Positions 37,840-48,091 of a stretch of DNA of 64,000 nt are shown one piece after another. This stretch comes from a virus. The notes under the pieces are model-generated. The model searched no databases, was not told the DNA's origin, and saw only the letters and a list, made by a program, of their open reading frames with translations. Made by a program: the position numbers and the translations under genes. Numbering within the stretch: the first letter of the stretch is position 1; each line of letters opens with the position of its first letter. Location of the stretch: positions 32,001 to 96,000 of the IMG/VR virus record IMGVR_UViG_3300023112_000009; one strand, 5' to 3'.

Positions 37840-38298
37840 CTATTTCCAGTACTTGTATCGAACTATTCCTTTAATGGCGTTGTGACTTACTTGGTATTTT
37901 TTAGCTAGAGCTTTAAAACCATAACCCTTAACGCCCGGACGATACTCTTGACGTATATTCTCTACGTCTTCTGGAGATAATTTTGTTTTACCTCTGCGGT
38001 TACGTCCTTTAGTAACCATATCTTTATTATTATCGTCTCTCGTACCTAAGAATAAATGATCTGATCGTACGCATTTTCTATTGTCGCACTTGTGACATAC
38101 ACAAAGACCATGAAGAATTAATCCAAAGTGGAGCGTCCATGAAACACGATGAACATCAATAACTTTTTTGTTAATTTTTATTGCACCATATCCATTGCCA
38201 CGACTACCGCCCTGCCATTCCCAGCATTCGGTTGGATACTTGCCATCTACTCCAAAAACGCCAGAGTTTTTGTTTACTTTATTCCAAAATCTTTGCAT
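37840..38298 (-). CDS. HNH homing endonuclease
   Basis: RFWNKV, CWEW, HRVSW, CHKCDNRKCV..HL..GT..DN..D. Confidence 0.9.
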   Translation of the reverse strand: MQRFWNKVNKNSGVFGVDGKYPTECWEWQGGSRGNGYGAIKINKKVIDVHRVSWTLHFGLILHGLCVCHKCDNRKCVRSDHLFLGTRDDNNKDMVTKGRNRRGKTKLSPEDVENIRQEYRPGVKGYGFKALAKKYQVSHNAIKGIVRYKYWK

Positions 38299-38740
38299 AT
38301 CATTCGCTGCCCTATTGCAGCGTTGTATTTACGATAAACAACGAGCCGACCCTCCAAAAGCTTCTTCTTGTATCATCAGCTACTAGTTCAGCTTGCTACG
38401 CAAGCACACATTGGAGACTTATTCGTTTACCGTAAGAGGGTGAGTAATGTTATTTTTAAGGTCTGTGGGCCTTCGGCTCTAGCGAGCAGTCCACCATTCC
38501 GTTTTACCTTTTAAGAGTATTCCACAACTCTGCTAGATTAACACTGGATGATTACTCCAGTCGCCTTAAAAACAACGTGTAAGGTGGCGGGGTATCCCCC
38601 GCCTAAGGTGTGGCACTATTGGTAGCTCCAACATGCCGCCAGCGTTTCGAAGCTCTCGTTGCTTATCCATTCTTGTAGTCGAAGCAAATCCTAGGGTTTG
38701 TCAACGGATATAACACGAGATGTTTTCTAACACCCTGTAC

Positions 38741-38815
38741 TGGTGCGTCGGGCAGGCACTACCTCCTGCTCTACTCCCCCCGCTGGGAAGCGTGCTTTAA
38801 TTACACCACCGATGC
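38741..38815 (-). tRNA. atypical tRNA-like gene, nominal Arg(GCG)
   Basis: cloverleaf with CCA; loop CA GCG GG; 8-nt T loop without TTC. Confidence 0.5.
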
Positions 38816-39090
38816 ATGTTCCTTAGCGGCAGACGCTATGCGTCTCTGCCGCTATGATTGGTTCCGAGTTTTCAAAGACCCCTCGTGACGAGGAGTTGTC
38901 AGGTCTCAGTTGACTTGACAGGTACATTGTACCCTGGAAGCGAAGATAGTCAAGTTCTTTTCTTGAAAAGATTCGCTGACCAGGGTAATTACACTAGTTT
39001 AGGTGTGTCAAGAAACAATTATCTAATAAAATAGGTGACTCTCTCCAGAGCCACCTACCCTCGGGCGTTAGCCCAACACAAGGTTAACTT

Positions 39091-39978
39091 TTACCAGTCG
39101 CACTCGCAGTCGTCTTCCGGATAGCCGCACTCGCCGCAGTCGGAGTCTTCGCACTCGCCATCACAGTAGGATTCACCGCAAGAACTACAGCAGTCTTCTT
39201 CTACCTCAGGGAACGTGGGAGCGTACAGCGGCTCACTCAGTACCTTGTCTAGCTTGACTTCTTCAAGGACTTCGTAGCGGCAGCAGCGAAGCTTCTGGCA
39301 GTCATGGTCGCTCGGGACGCTCACCGCATCCTTGGGGTTGACCTTAACCAAAAGCAGACGTTGGCCAAAGCCAGATGCGTACCCCTGGGAGCCAATATGG
39401 AACCCAGACGAGCAGTGGTTGTTCGGGTTGTCATCCACCGAAGAACGATCCATTTCGTGTACTTGACCGACACTGTTGTCGAACGAGTTCGTGTGACAAT
39501 CCTTAAGGTCATTGTTCACGCCCTTGTACCCCACGAAACACCCGTCTTCCGTCACGGCCAACCCCTCGTTCTCCAGGAACGTGTACAGTTGTGCTCGCGA
39601 GTTGAAGGACGGATTATCCATCAGGTTTTCAAGGAACTTCACAAGCGGCTGGAAGTCAAGGCCACGCTGGAAGAAATCCGTAATGCGTCTGCCGATAGCA
39701 TTGTGCAACTCTTCCCCATTGTAGGTGACTTCACCGTACTCGTTGACCACTACACTGCCGTTCGTGTAAGCGTTCAGGGCCTTCGGGATGTTGACCAGGG
39801 TAGGCAGTACATCGTAGTCCTCAGCGTCGAGAGCTTCGATGATTTTGCCATGGTTCGGATGGGTGGAGCCAAGCATGTGGGTCTGACCATCAAGAACCAA
39901 AATGATCGACAGATCGTTGGCGATGACAAACCTAGGGGCCTTGGCTTTACGACGGAAGGGGTTGGTTAAAATGCTCAT
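39091..39978 (-). CDS. rIIB: rIIB-like protein
   Basis: FLENLMDNPS, LYTFL, TEDG.FVGYK, CSSGFH, KVNPKD.VSVP.D..KLRCCRYEV. Confidence 0.85.
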   Translation of the reverse strand: MSILTNPFRRKAKAPRFVIANDLSIILVLDGQTHMLGSTHPNHGKIIEALDAEDYDVLPTLVNIPKALNAYTNGSVVVNEYGEVTYNGEELHNAIGRRITDFFQRGLDFQPLVKFLENLMDNPSFNSRAQLYTFLENEGLAVTEDGCFVGYKGVNNDLKDCHTNSFDNSVGQVHEMDRSSVDDNPNNHCSSGFHIGSQGYASGFGQRLLLVKVNPKDAVSVPSDHDCQKLRCCRYEVLEEVKLDKVLSEPLYAPTFPEVEEDCCSSCGESYCDGECEDSDCGECGYPEDDCECDW

Positions 39979-39980
39979 GA

Positions 39981-41903
39981 TTATGACTTGAGTTGGATGT
40001 ATTCGATTACGTCTTCGACTTTGGCGTAGTCAAGGTCGATGTTGGCAACCAGAGGGTATTGTTCTTTGAATGTGTTAGTGAAGTTCTCAGCCTTAGGCAG
40101 AGTCAGGTTGAACAAGCTAAGGAGTCCATTCCACCTGTAGTTGGTTTCTTCTGCCTTGGTCAGCTTGACCAGATTCGAACTAGCGTCCGACAGACCATCA
40201 ACAGCGTTCAGGAACTCGTCAGAGAACTCTCTCGGAACACCATATTGTACCCTAGCTCTTGTGTACTGGTCGGCAGTTTTCACGAAATCTTCCATTTTCT
40301 TTCGAGCCTCGGTCGCAAGATCGTCCAGGCCAAGCTCGGCACGCAGCTTCTCGTAACGCTTTTGAGGAAGACCGTAGACCGACGTATAGCCAAGGCTTAC
40401 GGCAATTTCCTGAATTTCGTTAGCGTTGTACTCTCGCCCCATCCAGATGCACTTGTATCCAATACGCTCGATAGCAATAGCGTTAGTAACATCAACGTCT
40501 TTCTTGTCAACACTATCCCACATATCGCTAACTCGACTACGGTAGCGACAGTTGAGCTTCTTAACATAGGTCCGAGTGCCACTAGCGGTACCATTACTGC
40601 GTACCTTTTTGGGTGCGTCCGGAAGATCCGAAAGCTTAACGGTAACTTCGCCAAAGGTCTCTGCGAATTTCGCAGCGTCATCAATCTTGACTAGGAAGCA
40701 CTCAGCGTTGTTACCGTTAAGGTAATGACGCAGGTTTCTCTTTTCTTTGTAGCTAATCTCGCAGTCATCGTTCTTTTGAATGAAGACGTATGTCCTGTCG
40801 GCCTTGGGCTGGAACCTGTGGGCGTGACGATTGATTTCAAGCGTCTTCTTACGATACGCCAATCCAACCGGATACAAAGTGTATGCACCGTCTTCGTGAG
40901 TATCAATACTCTTTTCGTCTTGGTCGAAATTCACAAGACCACGGAAGGCATCCATTTTGATAATGCGTTCCATTCTGGTCTTGGCATCCTTAACGGTATC
41001 CAGTACCGCTACACAAGCCTCTGCTTCTGCTGTAGTCAAAGCAGCTTGCAGGTTTCCGATAGTCTTCTCGTCGTAGTGAAGTTCTTCACGACTCGGAGTA
41101 GGAGTACAATCACCAACGTTCATTTCGAGCATCAGCTTAGCAGAATGCCCAAGCCCAGAACGAACTCCTCCACCAGTCGCATTGTAACAAACGTTACCCA
41201 TAACGATACTGATCTCAGAACGAGTGGGCGAAGAATACCCCCGATACAAGGACCAGCCATCACCAGACAGTGCGGGTTCATAATCCGTAAAGTCTAGACG
41301 GGCACCAGTGACGTTCGGACGAAGCTTGAAAAAGGCATACACCTTTTGGGCTTTCTGGTTGAAGTCCCAGATATCCCTTTCGTTAATGTGCAGCTTGATC
41401 TCAACACCGTTCTTTTCGACCGTGACGGTCTTATTCAACAGTGCAATCGTGGGTGCTCCTGCTTCACCTTTGAAGACAGAGTACTCGTACTTCATCCCCT
41501 TGAAATAAGAAGTAAAGGAAAACATGTCCACCAGAGCGAACGGGGTTTTCGAGCCCAGGCCGAAGCCTCCCGTGCATTCGTTGGAACCATTGCGGTTCGA
41601 CTCGAAATACGTAGAGTAAATACCTTCTACGTCTTCCTGCGAGAGACCAGTGCCGTAATCGCGGATCACGAACTCGGGGTCAATCGAGTTGGGAAGGTGA
41701 ACGTCGAACGGCTCAGGGTTTCCTGCATCAGTATGGGAGTCCGCAGCGTTGGTGCTGAGTTCCCGAATGATAGCAGTCATGGGGTCAGAGTACAGATTCT
41801 TCGACAGAATCTCGAACGCCTGAGCGTTGGCCGCGATCTTGAATGCGGTCTCTTGAAAGTCGCCTGAGCGAACGATGGTGTTTTCTACTTGCTTGATTTC
41901 CAT
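39981..41903 (-). CDS. rIIA: rIIA-like protein (Hsp90-like ATPase N-terminus)
   Basis: ILSKNLYSD, IRELSTNAADSH, RDYGTG, GGFGLGSKTPF; adjacent to rIIB. Confidence 0.88.
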   Translation of the reverse strand: MEIKQVENTIVRSGDFQETAFKIAANAQAFEILSKNLYSDPMTAIIRELSTNAADSHTDAGNPEPFDVHLPNSIDPEFVIRDYGTGLSQEDVEGIYSTYFESNRNGSNECTGGFGLGSKTPFALVDMFSFTSYFKGMKYEYSVFKGEAGAPTIALLNKTVTVEKNGVEIKLHINERDIWDFNQKAQKVYAFFKLRPNVTGARLDFTDYEPALSGDGWSLYRGYSSPTRSEISIVMGNVCYNATGGGVRSGLGHSAKLMLEMNVGDCTPTPSREELHYDEKTIGNLQAALTTAEAEACVAVLDTVKDAKTRMERIIKMDAFRGLVNFDQDEKSIDTHEDGAYTLYPVGLAYRKKTLEINRHAHRFQPKADRTYVFIQKNDDCEISYKEKRNLRHYLNGNNAECFLVKIDDAAKFAETFGEVTVKLSDLPDAPKKVRSNGTASGTRTYVKKLNCRYRSRVSDMWDSVDKKDVDVTNAIAIERIGYKCIWMGREYNANEIQEIAVSLGYTSVYGLPQKRYEKLRAELGLDDLATEARKKMEDFVKTADQYTRARVQYGVPREFSDEFLNAVDGLSDASSNLVKLTKAEETNYRWNGLLSLFNLTLPKAENFTNTFKEQYPLVANIDLDYAKVEDVIEYIQLKS

Positions 41904-42139
41904 GTGTCTTTGAGTGTTTGAAGGTTTCCCTTCGCCTTGTGTGAGTACATTATACCCTGGTTAGCACGTATGTCAAGTGATTTTTAAGATTGTGATGCGA
42001 ATAAGTTTGCCCTTGCCAGCCCGAAAGTCTGTAAACCCAATCGGGACAAGCATTCCAGCACCCCGTCACCAATGACAAAGCACCATTCTTTGTTTTCGAG
42101 CTTCTTCACGAGGATAGTATATCCCGTGAATGCCGTCTG

Positions 42140-43282
42140 TCAAGTATATAATTCTCTTGTTTTGATGTAATCAGATACAGCAGGAGTTAGGTACTCGTGT
42201 TCGTGGGGGTTGTCGTGCTCTCGTATTTCTGTAGAGCTTAAGTGATCCATGTCGCGGACACTTGACACTGACCAGTTAAGCGTGGCAGAGATTTGATTGT
42301 CTTGAATGTCCATACCCTTGCGTGACATAATCACGAAATCAGTATTGGGCAGACGATCACTTAGCCATTCCACAGACGGATACTGGTGTGCAGTAATCGT
42401 CATGTTCCAAGCGTCAGCACCCAGTACAAAGATAATGTCTTTTGCACCAGCAGTAGTAAGCGTCTGGCGTTTGTCTATAAATCTAGGTGCTTGCGTAAGT
42501 AGAGTCGGGCGACCTTCCACATCCAACATACGCACTCTATGAAGCATATCCTCAATAGAGAGCCCGCCCTTATAGTAGTGTTGTTGTGAAATCTCGTACA
42601 AGCAACTCTCCACGCTCAGGTGTTTTTGAGTAGGAGGATTGAATGCCCCAGGATAGATCGTGGGATAATCCCTAACGTAATCCATCACCCGTTGGAACTT
42701 GCCTTTGTGATAAACCAAAGGATTGAGCGGCTTCAAAAGGATCATGCGTTCAGCATCAGAGACACCAGGAGCATACAACACATCGATATTGTGAGTCTCA
42801 AGGGAATCCTCAATACTATTAATGTGTTCAACCCAAGTGTCGGTGCTCAGCATACACGCATTCATGAGCCACTGTACACGATCACTTACAATGCGGCCAA
42901 CCCACTCACGGTCGGCACAGGCAGCTACCGAGAAGTGCATGTACGCTTGCCATTCTCTTGTGGCAATGTATATCCATCCATGCGACGGTCGATCCTGGTA
43001 GTGTGCTCCGGTAATAGCTAATCCAAACAGACTGGGACTATGTTCTGTTCGTCCCAACACTTTAAACAGGTTCTCATGAGCTAATCTCTTAGCGTTTTCA
43101 AGTGATACCGCACGCATACCTGCGGAGCGACCAGTAGCATCATACGGACAGTCAATGCCTAGAATCGTTTTGGATGCACCGGGTACTCGTAGATACTTAG
43201 AGCTAAACTCTAGACCTAGACCAACCTCCGTGATGATACCTCGCCACGAAGATTGATTAAGTTGATTGCAAAATTGTTCCAT
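42140..43282 (-). CDS. CinA-like domain fused to a NadD/NMNAT-type nucleotidyltransferase
   Basis: PGASKTIL..Y N-terminus; YPGAFNPPTQKHL, FVLGAD, SSTEIR; overlaps the NAMPT gene. Confidence 0.7.
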   Translation of the reverse strand: MEQFCNQLNQSSWRGIITEVGLGLEFSSKYLRVPGASKTILGIDCPYDATGRSAGMRAVSLENAKRLAHENLFKVLGRTEHSPSLFGLAITGAHYQDRPSHGWIYIATREWQAYMHFSVAACADREWVGRIVSDRVQWLMNACMLSTDTWVEHINSIEDSLETHNIDVLYAPGVSDAERMILLKPLNPLVYHKGKFQRVMDYVRDYPTIYPGAFNPPTQKHLSVESCLYEISQQHYYKGGLSIEDMLHRVRMLDVEGRPTLLTQAPRFIDKRQTLTTAGAKDIIFVLGADAWNMTITAHQYPSVEWLSDRLPNTDFVIMSRKGMDIQDNQISATLNWSVSSVRDMDHLSSTEIREHDNPHEHEYLTPAVSDYIKTRELYT

Positions 43283-44813
43283 CGATTTTGATTATGTCTG
43301 TTTCTGTGACGGGGAGTGCGGCGTTGACCCGAATCTCATCGAGCGTCATGATGTTCATGGGGACACCATTATAGAGAACGTCTTGCAATAGGTTTTCCTT
43401 AAGTCTGGTCTCGTGAACTGTCTCCAGCTTAAGGGTTTTGAATTCGCCCCGTGAGTTACGGAAGACACCCAAGCGTCCACGCTTGGAGTTCTTTGTAGGA
43501 TCGGTCTTCGGTTGCTTGAAGATATCGACCCACTCGCCATTGATTTGCATAGCAGAACACTTGATAGCGAAGCACTGCGTGTCTCGCGTGAAGTCTTGGA
43601 GGAGTCCCCCTCCAGAGCCGAACGCAATGTTGTCGGCAGAGATACCGTTAACCTTGAACGCTTCAAGAACATCGGCAACAGTGTGTCCCCAGTGGTCACA
43701 CCATACGTCATTCTCTGCTTGTGTTTTATACTCGTACCACTTAATGCCGTCGCCTTGGATCATGCGAACATAATCTGGCAGAACTCGGAAGCCTTTCTCG
43801 TTAACAGTAGTCCCGAAGACTTCTGCCAGGGCTTCAAAAACATCAATATCAATCTTGGGGAGCGTACCAGAATCGGGACGGAACACGACGGTTCCCTCGC
43901 GATTGCGGATCATATCCATAATGTCTTCGTTGCCGCCGATGACGTTGTGAATAAAGCCCATGGTATCGAACGAGTCGATGACGATGGCAACCAAGCCTGT
44001 CGGATGAGCAGTGAGCACCTTGCGTACAATGTCGGCCTCGCCCTCGGGTCCACCCGAAGTCATAACAGAGTGCTCTGTTGCGGGGATGGAGAACCCAGGC
44101 ATATCCCATTGTGTCTTGCTGTCTGCCAGTCGCATCGACATGGGAAGTGCTTTGGGGCCATAGTAGTCCCGCAACAGGGGAAGTGCGGCCATGGTATCGG
44201 TGCCCATGAAACTCGTAAGGTGAGCAGCACCAGACAGTGCGGCAGTTTCGAGCGACGAAACACCACGCATGCCAAAATCATGAAGCTTAAACGGCAGGCC
44301 AGCAAGGTCGCCAGTCTCTTCCAGGTAGCGAGCGATGATCTTTTTGACCTTACGACTAGAGCTTGCAACGGTCGTGGGCGACCACATTTGCATAAGCAAA
44401 GTCTCCAGGAAGTTCGTTAGCCACGGCACCTGCGGATCGGTGTTCTCGATAGTGAATAGTGCTGTGCCTGTCGGCACGACCGTCCCCTCGGGGATAGCAG
44501 TAATCCTTACGGGAAGGCGTCCTTGGCACTTGTCGAGAATGTATTCCCAGCCTTCGCGGTTGAAGACTTCTTCGCTACCGAAGTGTGCCGTACAGATAGC
44601 AGCGGCTTCCTCAATCTTATCTCGCGTAACAACCTGACCAGTCAGGTAACGCGAGATAATGTACTGTAGTCCGAAGAACACGGTCTCATCAAAACGAGCA
44701 CCGACTCGCGGTTCGCAATACGAGTAAACGGTTTCAAGACCGTCAGGATAAAAACCGTGATGCGAATACTTGTAGGAATCCGATCCAAATGCTACTATGT
44801 TAAAATTATTCAT
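43257..44813 (-). CDS. nadV: nicotinamide phosphoribosyltransferase
   Basis: DSYKYSH, FFGLQY, LHDFGMRG, PATEHS, RPDSG, IQGDG, AFGSGGGLLQ, SKRGR. Confidence 0.95.
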   Translation of the reverse strand: MNNFNIVAFGSDSYKYSHHGFYPDGLETVYSYCEPRVGARFDETVFFGLQYIISRYLTGQVVTRDKIEEAAAICTAHFGSEEVFNREGWEYILDKCQGRLPVRITAIPEGTVVPTGTALFTIENTDPQVPWLTNFLETLLMQMWSPTTVASSSRKVKKIIARYLEETGDLAGLPFKLHDFGMRGVSSLETAALSGAAHLTSFMGTDTMAALPLLRDYYGPKALPMSMRLADSKTQWDMPGFSIPATEHSVMTSGGPEGEADIVRKVLTAHPTGLVAIVIDSFDTMGFIHNVIGGNEDIMDMIRNREGTVVFRPDSGTLPKIDIDVFEALAEVFGTTVNEKGFRVLPDYVRMIQGDGIKWYEYKTQAENDVWCDHWGHTVADVLEAFKVNGISADNIAFGSGGGLLQDFTRDTQCFAIKCSAMQINGEWVDIFKQPKTDPTKNSKRGRLGVFRNSRGEFKTLKLETVHETRLKENLLQDVLYNGVPMNIMTLDEIRVNAALPVTETDIIKIDGTILQST

Positions 44814-45351
44814 TGAAGTTAGTTTTGGCGTATTCGCCAAATAATTCACGAGCTTTAGCGTCGTATGCTCGTGCTGCTTTTACGGGATTATCAAAATTAC
44901 CAAGATAGATTGCTTTGCCATTATGTCTTATTTCGGCCTGCCATCTATTTTTACTGTTTTTACTAATGCCTTTATATCCGGAAGATTTTGCCTTAGAGTT
45001 AAATTGTTGTTCTTGAACAGTAGCTAATCGCAGATTACGAATATCATTATCATGAATACATCCATTAACATGATCCACAGTTTTGCCGTCTGGTATTACT
45101 GTATTGAGGGCAGCAACCATAATCGCACGATGCATATAGATTGCTACTGGTTTATCAGAACTAATTGTTCTAAAAACCAATTGCACATATCCATAACGAG
45201 TTAATCGTCCTTTAAGTAACAGTGGACGCGGACGTTTGCCAGATTGACAATATTCACTATAGATGTTGCCGCTATACTTATTAACCGTGTATTTACCAGC
45301 ATGTAATGCTTCTAAAAACAACGCATCGTTTTGTATGGGGCTCCGATTCAT
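44806..45351 (-). CDS. HNH-AP2 homing endonuclease
   Basis: MHR..VDHVNG..DN...NLR, then YKGI..WQAEI..YLG.F..AARAYD. Confidence 0.9.
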   Translation of the reverse strand: MNRSPIQNDALFLEALHAGKYTVNKYSGNIYSEYCQSGKRPRPLLLKGRLTRYGYVQLVFRTISSDKPVAIYMHRAIMVAALNTVIPDGKTVDHVNGCIHDNDIRNLRLATVQEQQFNSKAKSSGYKGISKNSKNRWQAEIRHNGKAIYLGNFDNPVKAARAYDAKARELFGEYAKTNFNE

Positions 45352-45773
45352 TACTGTTGCGTGTAATCGAGGTAGTCTTGAATGATTTGCTTATGATCAA
45401 AGCACAGTACTAGAGTACCGTTGTAGTATTGATCAAGTGCGGTTTGCGGATCAATCACAATCGCATTCTTTGCATCGTCAGCACCAACAGGAGTGCCTTC
45501 TGCTTGAGCGTAATGTGTAATACTTACAGCGTGACCTCGCGGATCGCGGTCGGGAGCGTCATAGATGCCAGCTTCTACAACATTGTTAATTTTCAAGCCA
45601 GTTTCTTCCTTGGCTTCACGGATGGCAGCGTCTTGGCAGGTTTCACCTACGTCAACGCAACCTCCCGGTAGTGCCCAGCCATGGGGCTCATTCTTACGCT
45701 CGATCAGTACGATACCATCTTCAATTTCGATGATGATATCGACTGTGAGCATGGGTGTTTCGGGTTTTGTCAT
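45351..45773 (-). CDS. Nudix hydrolase (ADP-ribose pyrophosphatase-like)
   Basis: WALPGG.VD.GE...AA.RE.KEETG Nudix box, RDPRG, ADDA. Confidence 0.9.
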   Translation of the reverse strand: MTKPETPMLTVDIIIEIEDGIVLIERKNEPHGWALPGGCVDVGETCQDAAIREAKEETGLKINNVVEAGIYDAPDRDPRGHAVSITHYAQAEGTPVGADDAKNAIVIDPQTALDQYYNGTLVLCFDHKQIIQDYLDYTQQ

Positions 45774-45775
45774 GA

Positions 45776-46498
45776 TTACCAGTGTGTGATGATTGATTCG
45801 CCTGTCCAAATCGTGTAGAGTCTGGACTCGATGATTGGGCAACACGCCCATTCCATCTGACCAATCATACCCCGGTCTTCGCTATGATGATGCCCAAAAA
45901 AGCAAAAACTTGGCTGAAACTTATCTACAATCGCTTGCAGTAGTTGCCGATTGCCCTTGCTCTCTGTATGATTACGTTTATAGCGATCATCAGAATATGG
46001 AATACACATTGGATGCTCATGGGTGAACAGTGCATCGATTGTACCCTCAACATTGTCCAAAGTGTTTTGAACCTGTTGATAAGTAATATCTTCCTGTCGC
46101 CACCAAGAGGAACCTTCGACACGACGATACTTGTCAATCGAAGCAGCCCCACCGAAGAACATAGCTCTATAGCCATCAACCTCGATCACACTACCTCGCG
46201 GCATGTGTGTCCAATCGGGTTGCCATGCTCCACCATCCATTTCAAGCATGTCAAAGTTCTCATGGTTGCCGTCAATCCAAAGCTTCTCAGCGTTGTCGTA
46301 GACTTCCATTTCCTCAGGAGAGAGAAAACTCTTACTTGCCTTAAATGGCTTATCTTTACTGTGGGGCCATGTACCGTAACCAAAATCCCCCACCTGGACA
46401 ATATGCGTAATGTCAGAGTGCTGACGGATCGCTCTCGCAATCGTCACGTTCATGTCTTCCCAGAAAGCATGAACATCGCCAAGGATGAGGAACTTCAT
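45776..46498 (-). CDS. calcineurin-like metallophosphoesterase
   Basis: GDVH, GDFG, GNHE, THE, GHHH. Confidence 0.9.
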   Translation of the reverse strand: MKFLILGDVHAFWEDMNVTIARAIRQHSDITHIVQVGDFGYGTWPHSKDKPFKASKSFLSPEEMEVYDNAEKLWIDGNHENFDMLEMDGGAWQPDWTHMPRGSVIEVDGYRAMFFGGAASIDKYRRVEGSSWWRQEDITYQQVQNTLDNVEGTIDALFTHEHPMCIPYSDDRYKRNHTESKGNRQLLQAIVDKFQPSFCFFGHHHSEDRGMIGQMEWACCPIIESRLYTIWTGESIITHW

Positions 46499-46548
46499 TG
46501 TATCAGTAGTATTAGTGCGGCAATGTGTGCGAATTGGTCTGCTGCAAT

Positions 46549-46839
46549 TCATGACGGTATTAGTGAGGCGACCATAGCAGACCCAATTAGGATGATGATG
46601 ACGATGCCAGCGATCCCGCCAAAGATCACGCCGACCTCGGGTTTCTTCTCAACTATGACCGTCACCACTTTAGGCTTATCCATTTCAAGCCACGCCAAAG
46701 CTTTCTGTAAGGCCATGACTTGTCCACGGTGATTGTCAATAGTTGGCGTATGTTGTTTTTTGTTGTCGGTTTCAGAAGCTACTACAGCCTCCGCTCGTGC
46801 CAATTCGTTTTGAAGAAACCGCTCGGCGTTTTCGTGCAT
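46549..46839 (-). CDS. membrane protein
   Basis: C-terminal TM segment. Confidence 0.55.
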   Translation of the reverse strand: MHENAERFLQNELARAEAVVASETDNKKQHTPTIDNHRGQVMALQKALAWLEMDKPKVVTVIVEKKPEVGVIFGGIAGIVIIILIGSAMVASLIPS

Positions 46840-47264
46840 CAAGGCAATTTGCAGATAATTGTTTCCGGTGCGATATCCTCAAGCATGTGGACAACAACGT
46901 CCCAATCGCCTCCAGCGAGACCGCAGCCCATCATGTGGGGTATGTACAATTGGATGTCGTTTGCCCTGGTGAAGTCACGAGCCTGACGGAAAGCTTGGCA
47001 CAATCCGTTGTAATCCGTTTGTACACCGCCACCTACGTTCTGTTGACCAGCCAGATTGGCCACGAATTGAGCGTCACCGATTGTTACCAGTTGACAGTCT
47101 CCCACTTGCCAATCGTCCTTGTCCACGTAGACATTGTAGACGTTTTCCCACTCTCTGCGAATTTGAAGGGCAAGCCCAGCACCCATGACCCCAAGGCAAT
47201 TGACCTGATGACAGATGACGGCAGGGCCAGTCACATCCAGGATGTTTTTCTCAATCAGTTTCAT
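46839..47264 (-). CDS. macro domain (ADP-ribose binding/processing) protein
   Basis: ICHQVNCLGVMGAGLA...GCGLAGGDW. Confidence 0.9.
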   Translation of the reverse strand: MKLIEKNILDVTGPAVICHQVNCLGVMGAGLALQIRREWENVYNVYVDKDDWQVGDCQLVTIGDAQFVANLAGQQNVGGGVQTDYNGLCQAFRQARDFTRANDIQLYIPHMMGCGLAGGDWDVVVHMLEDIAPETIICKLP

Positions 47265-47455
47265 TTGTCTTCTTTGGGGTAATCGTTGCAGTAGAAGCCA
47301 TCACCTTTAAAGATAACGCCAACATTCCTGCTGATCTGTCGTTGTAACTTCATCTTACCACACGATGGGCACTTACGCTTGGGGTTTTCCGACATTCTTT
47401 GAATGAATTCGTGCTCAGCATCACAAGCACTGCATTTGTATTCGTATGTAGGCAT
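47261..47455 (-). CDS. FmdB-family zinc-ribbon protein
   Basis: MPTYEYKC..C...CPSCG...FKGDGFY.ND. Confidence 0.85.
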   Translation of the reverse strand: MPTYEYKCSACDAEHEFIQRMSENPKRKCPSCGKMKLQRQISRNVGVIFKGDGFYCNDYPKEDK

Positions 47456-47599
47456 CTAGATGTATTGCTGACAAATCCAGCCACCGAGATGGGTTTTCAT
47501 AACCCAAAAACCACCTTCTCGATGGTTGGGATCACCAGCAATCACAGGAAGTTCTGGATCTAGCTGAGACAATTGTTCAATCAATTCTCGTACTTTCAT
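47456..47599 (-). CDS. small hypothetical protein (47 aa)
   Basis: MKVRELIEQLSQLDPELPV pattern. Confidence 0.5.
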   Translation of the reverse strand: MKVRELIEQLSQLDPELPVIAGDPNHREGGFWVMKTHLGGWICQQYI

Positions 47600-47610
47600 A
47601 TCTTTAAATT

Positions 47611-47796
47611 CTATCTTTCGAGCAGTTTGAGGTCAGTAATGTTCCACGAAACGAAGCCCTCGATGGGCTTGTCTAGACGGACTCCTCCGGGGATATCATC
47701 ATACATTCTGATGATGGTTCTGGTGCTTCTACCTCGGCGTACCTTCCGCCCAACGAGATCACTATCCGAGTTGTTTATGTCGTTTTTGTTTGTCAT
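47611..47796 (-). CDS. hypothetical protein
   Basis: 61 aa, SH3-like beta pattern. Confidence 0.5.
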   Translation of the reverse strand: MTNKNDINNSDSDLVGRKVRRGRSTRTIIRMYDDIPGGVRLDKPIEGFVSWNITDLKLLER

Positions 47797-47842
47797 TTTT
47801 GGATGACCGTGCTGGTGCGTATTCTACACGATTGTCATTCAT

Positions 47843-48091
47843 TTACAGCGGGATGACGTGGAACTCGCAATCAGACCTATGACTTAAACCAGTACAGGTG
47901 CATTGAGCAAACTTGTAACACATGAGGTCTGAAATCATGTCGCTTTCCTCTTGACTTTGAACGTTATCCTCGGTTAGCCACATGCGATTAAGGGCCTTGT
48001 GAACGGTCCTGTACTCACGTCTGTTAAGCTTTACTTCGATGATTGTGGCAATAGAGCGTTCCAGTAGTTCTTTTACGTGTTGATTGAACAT
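47843..48091 (-). CDS. hypothetical protein
   Basis: 82 aa, TAATG coupling. Confidence 0.5.
   Translation of the reverse strand: MFNQHVKELLERSIATIIEVKLNRREYRTVHKALNRMWLTEDNVQSQEESDMISDLMCYKFAQCTCTGLSHRSDCEFHVIPL

Noticed and set aside
38300-38740. RNase P RNA or canonical tmRNA
   Set aside because: No GAGGAAAGUCC P4 signature and no tmRNA-type termini found
39304-46732. Long + strand ORFs opposite rIIA/rIIB, nadV and the phosphoesterase gene
   Set aside because: Antisense shadows of well-supported - strand genes, with no motifs
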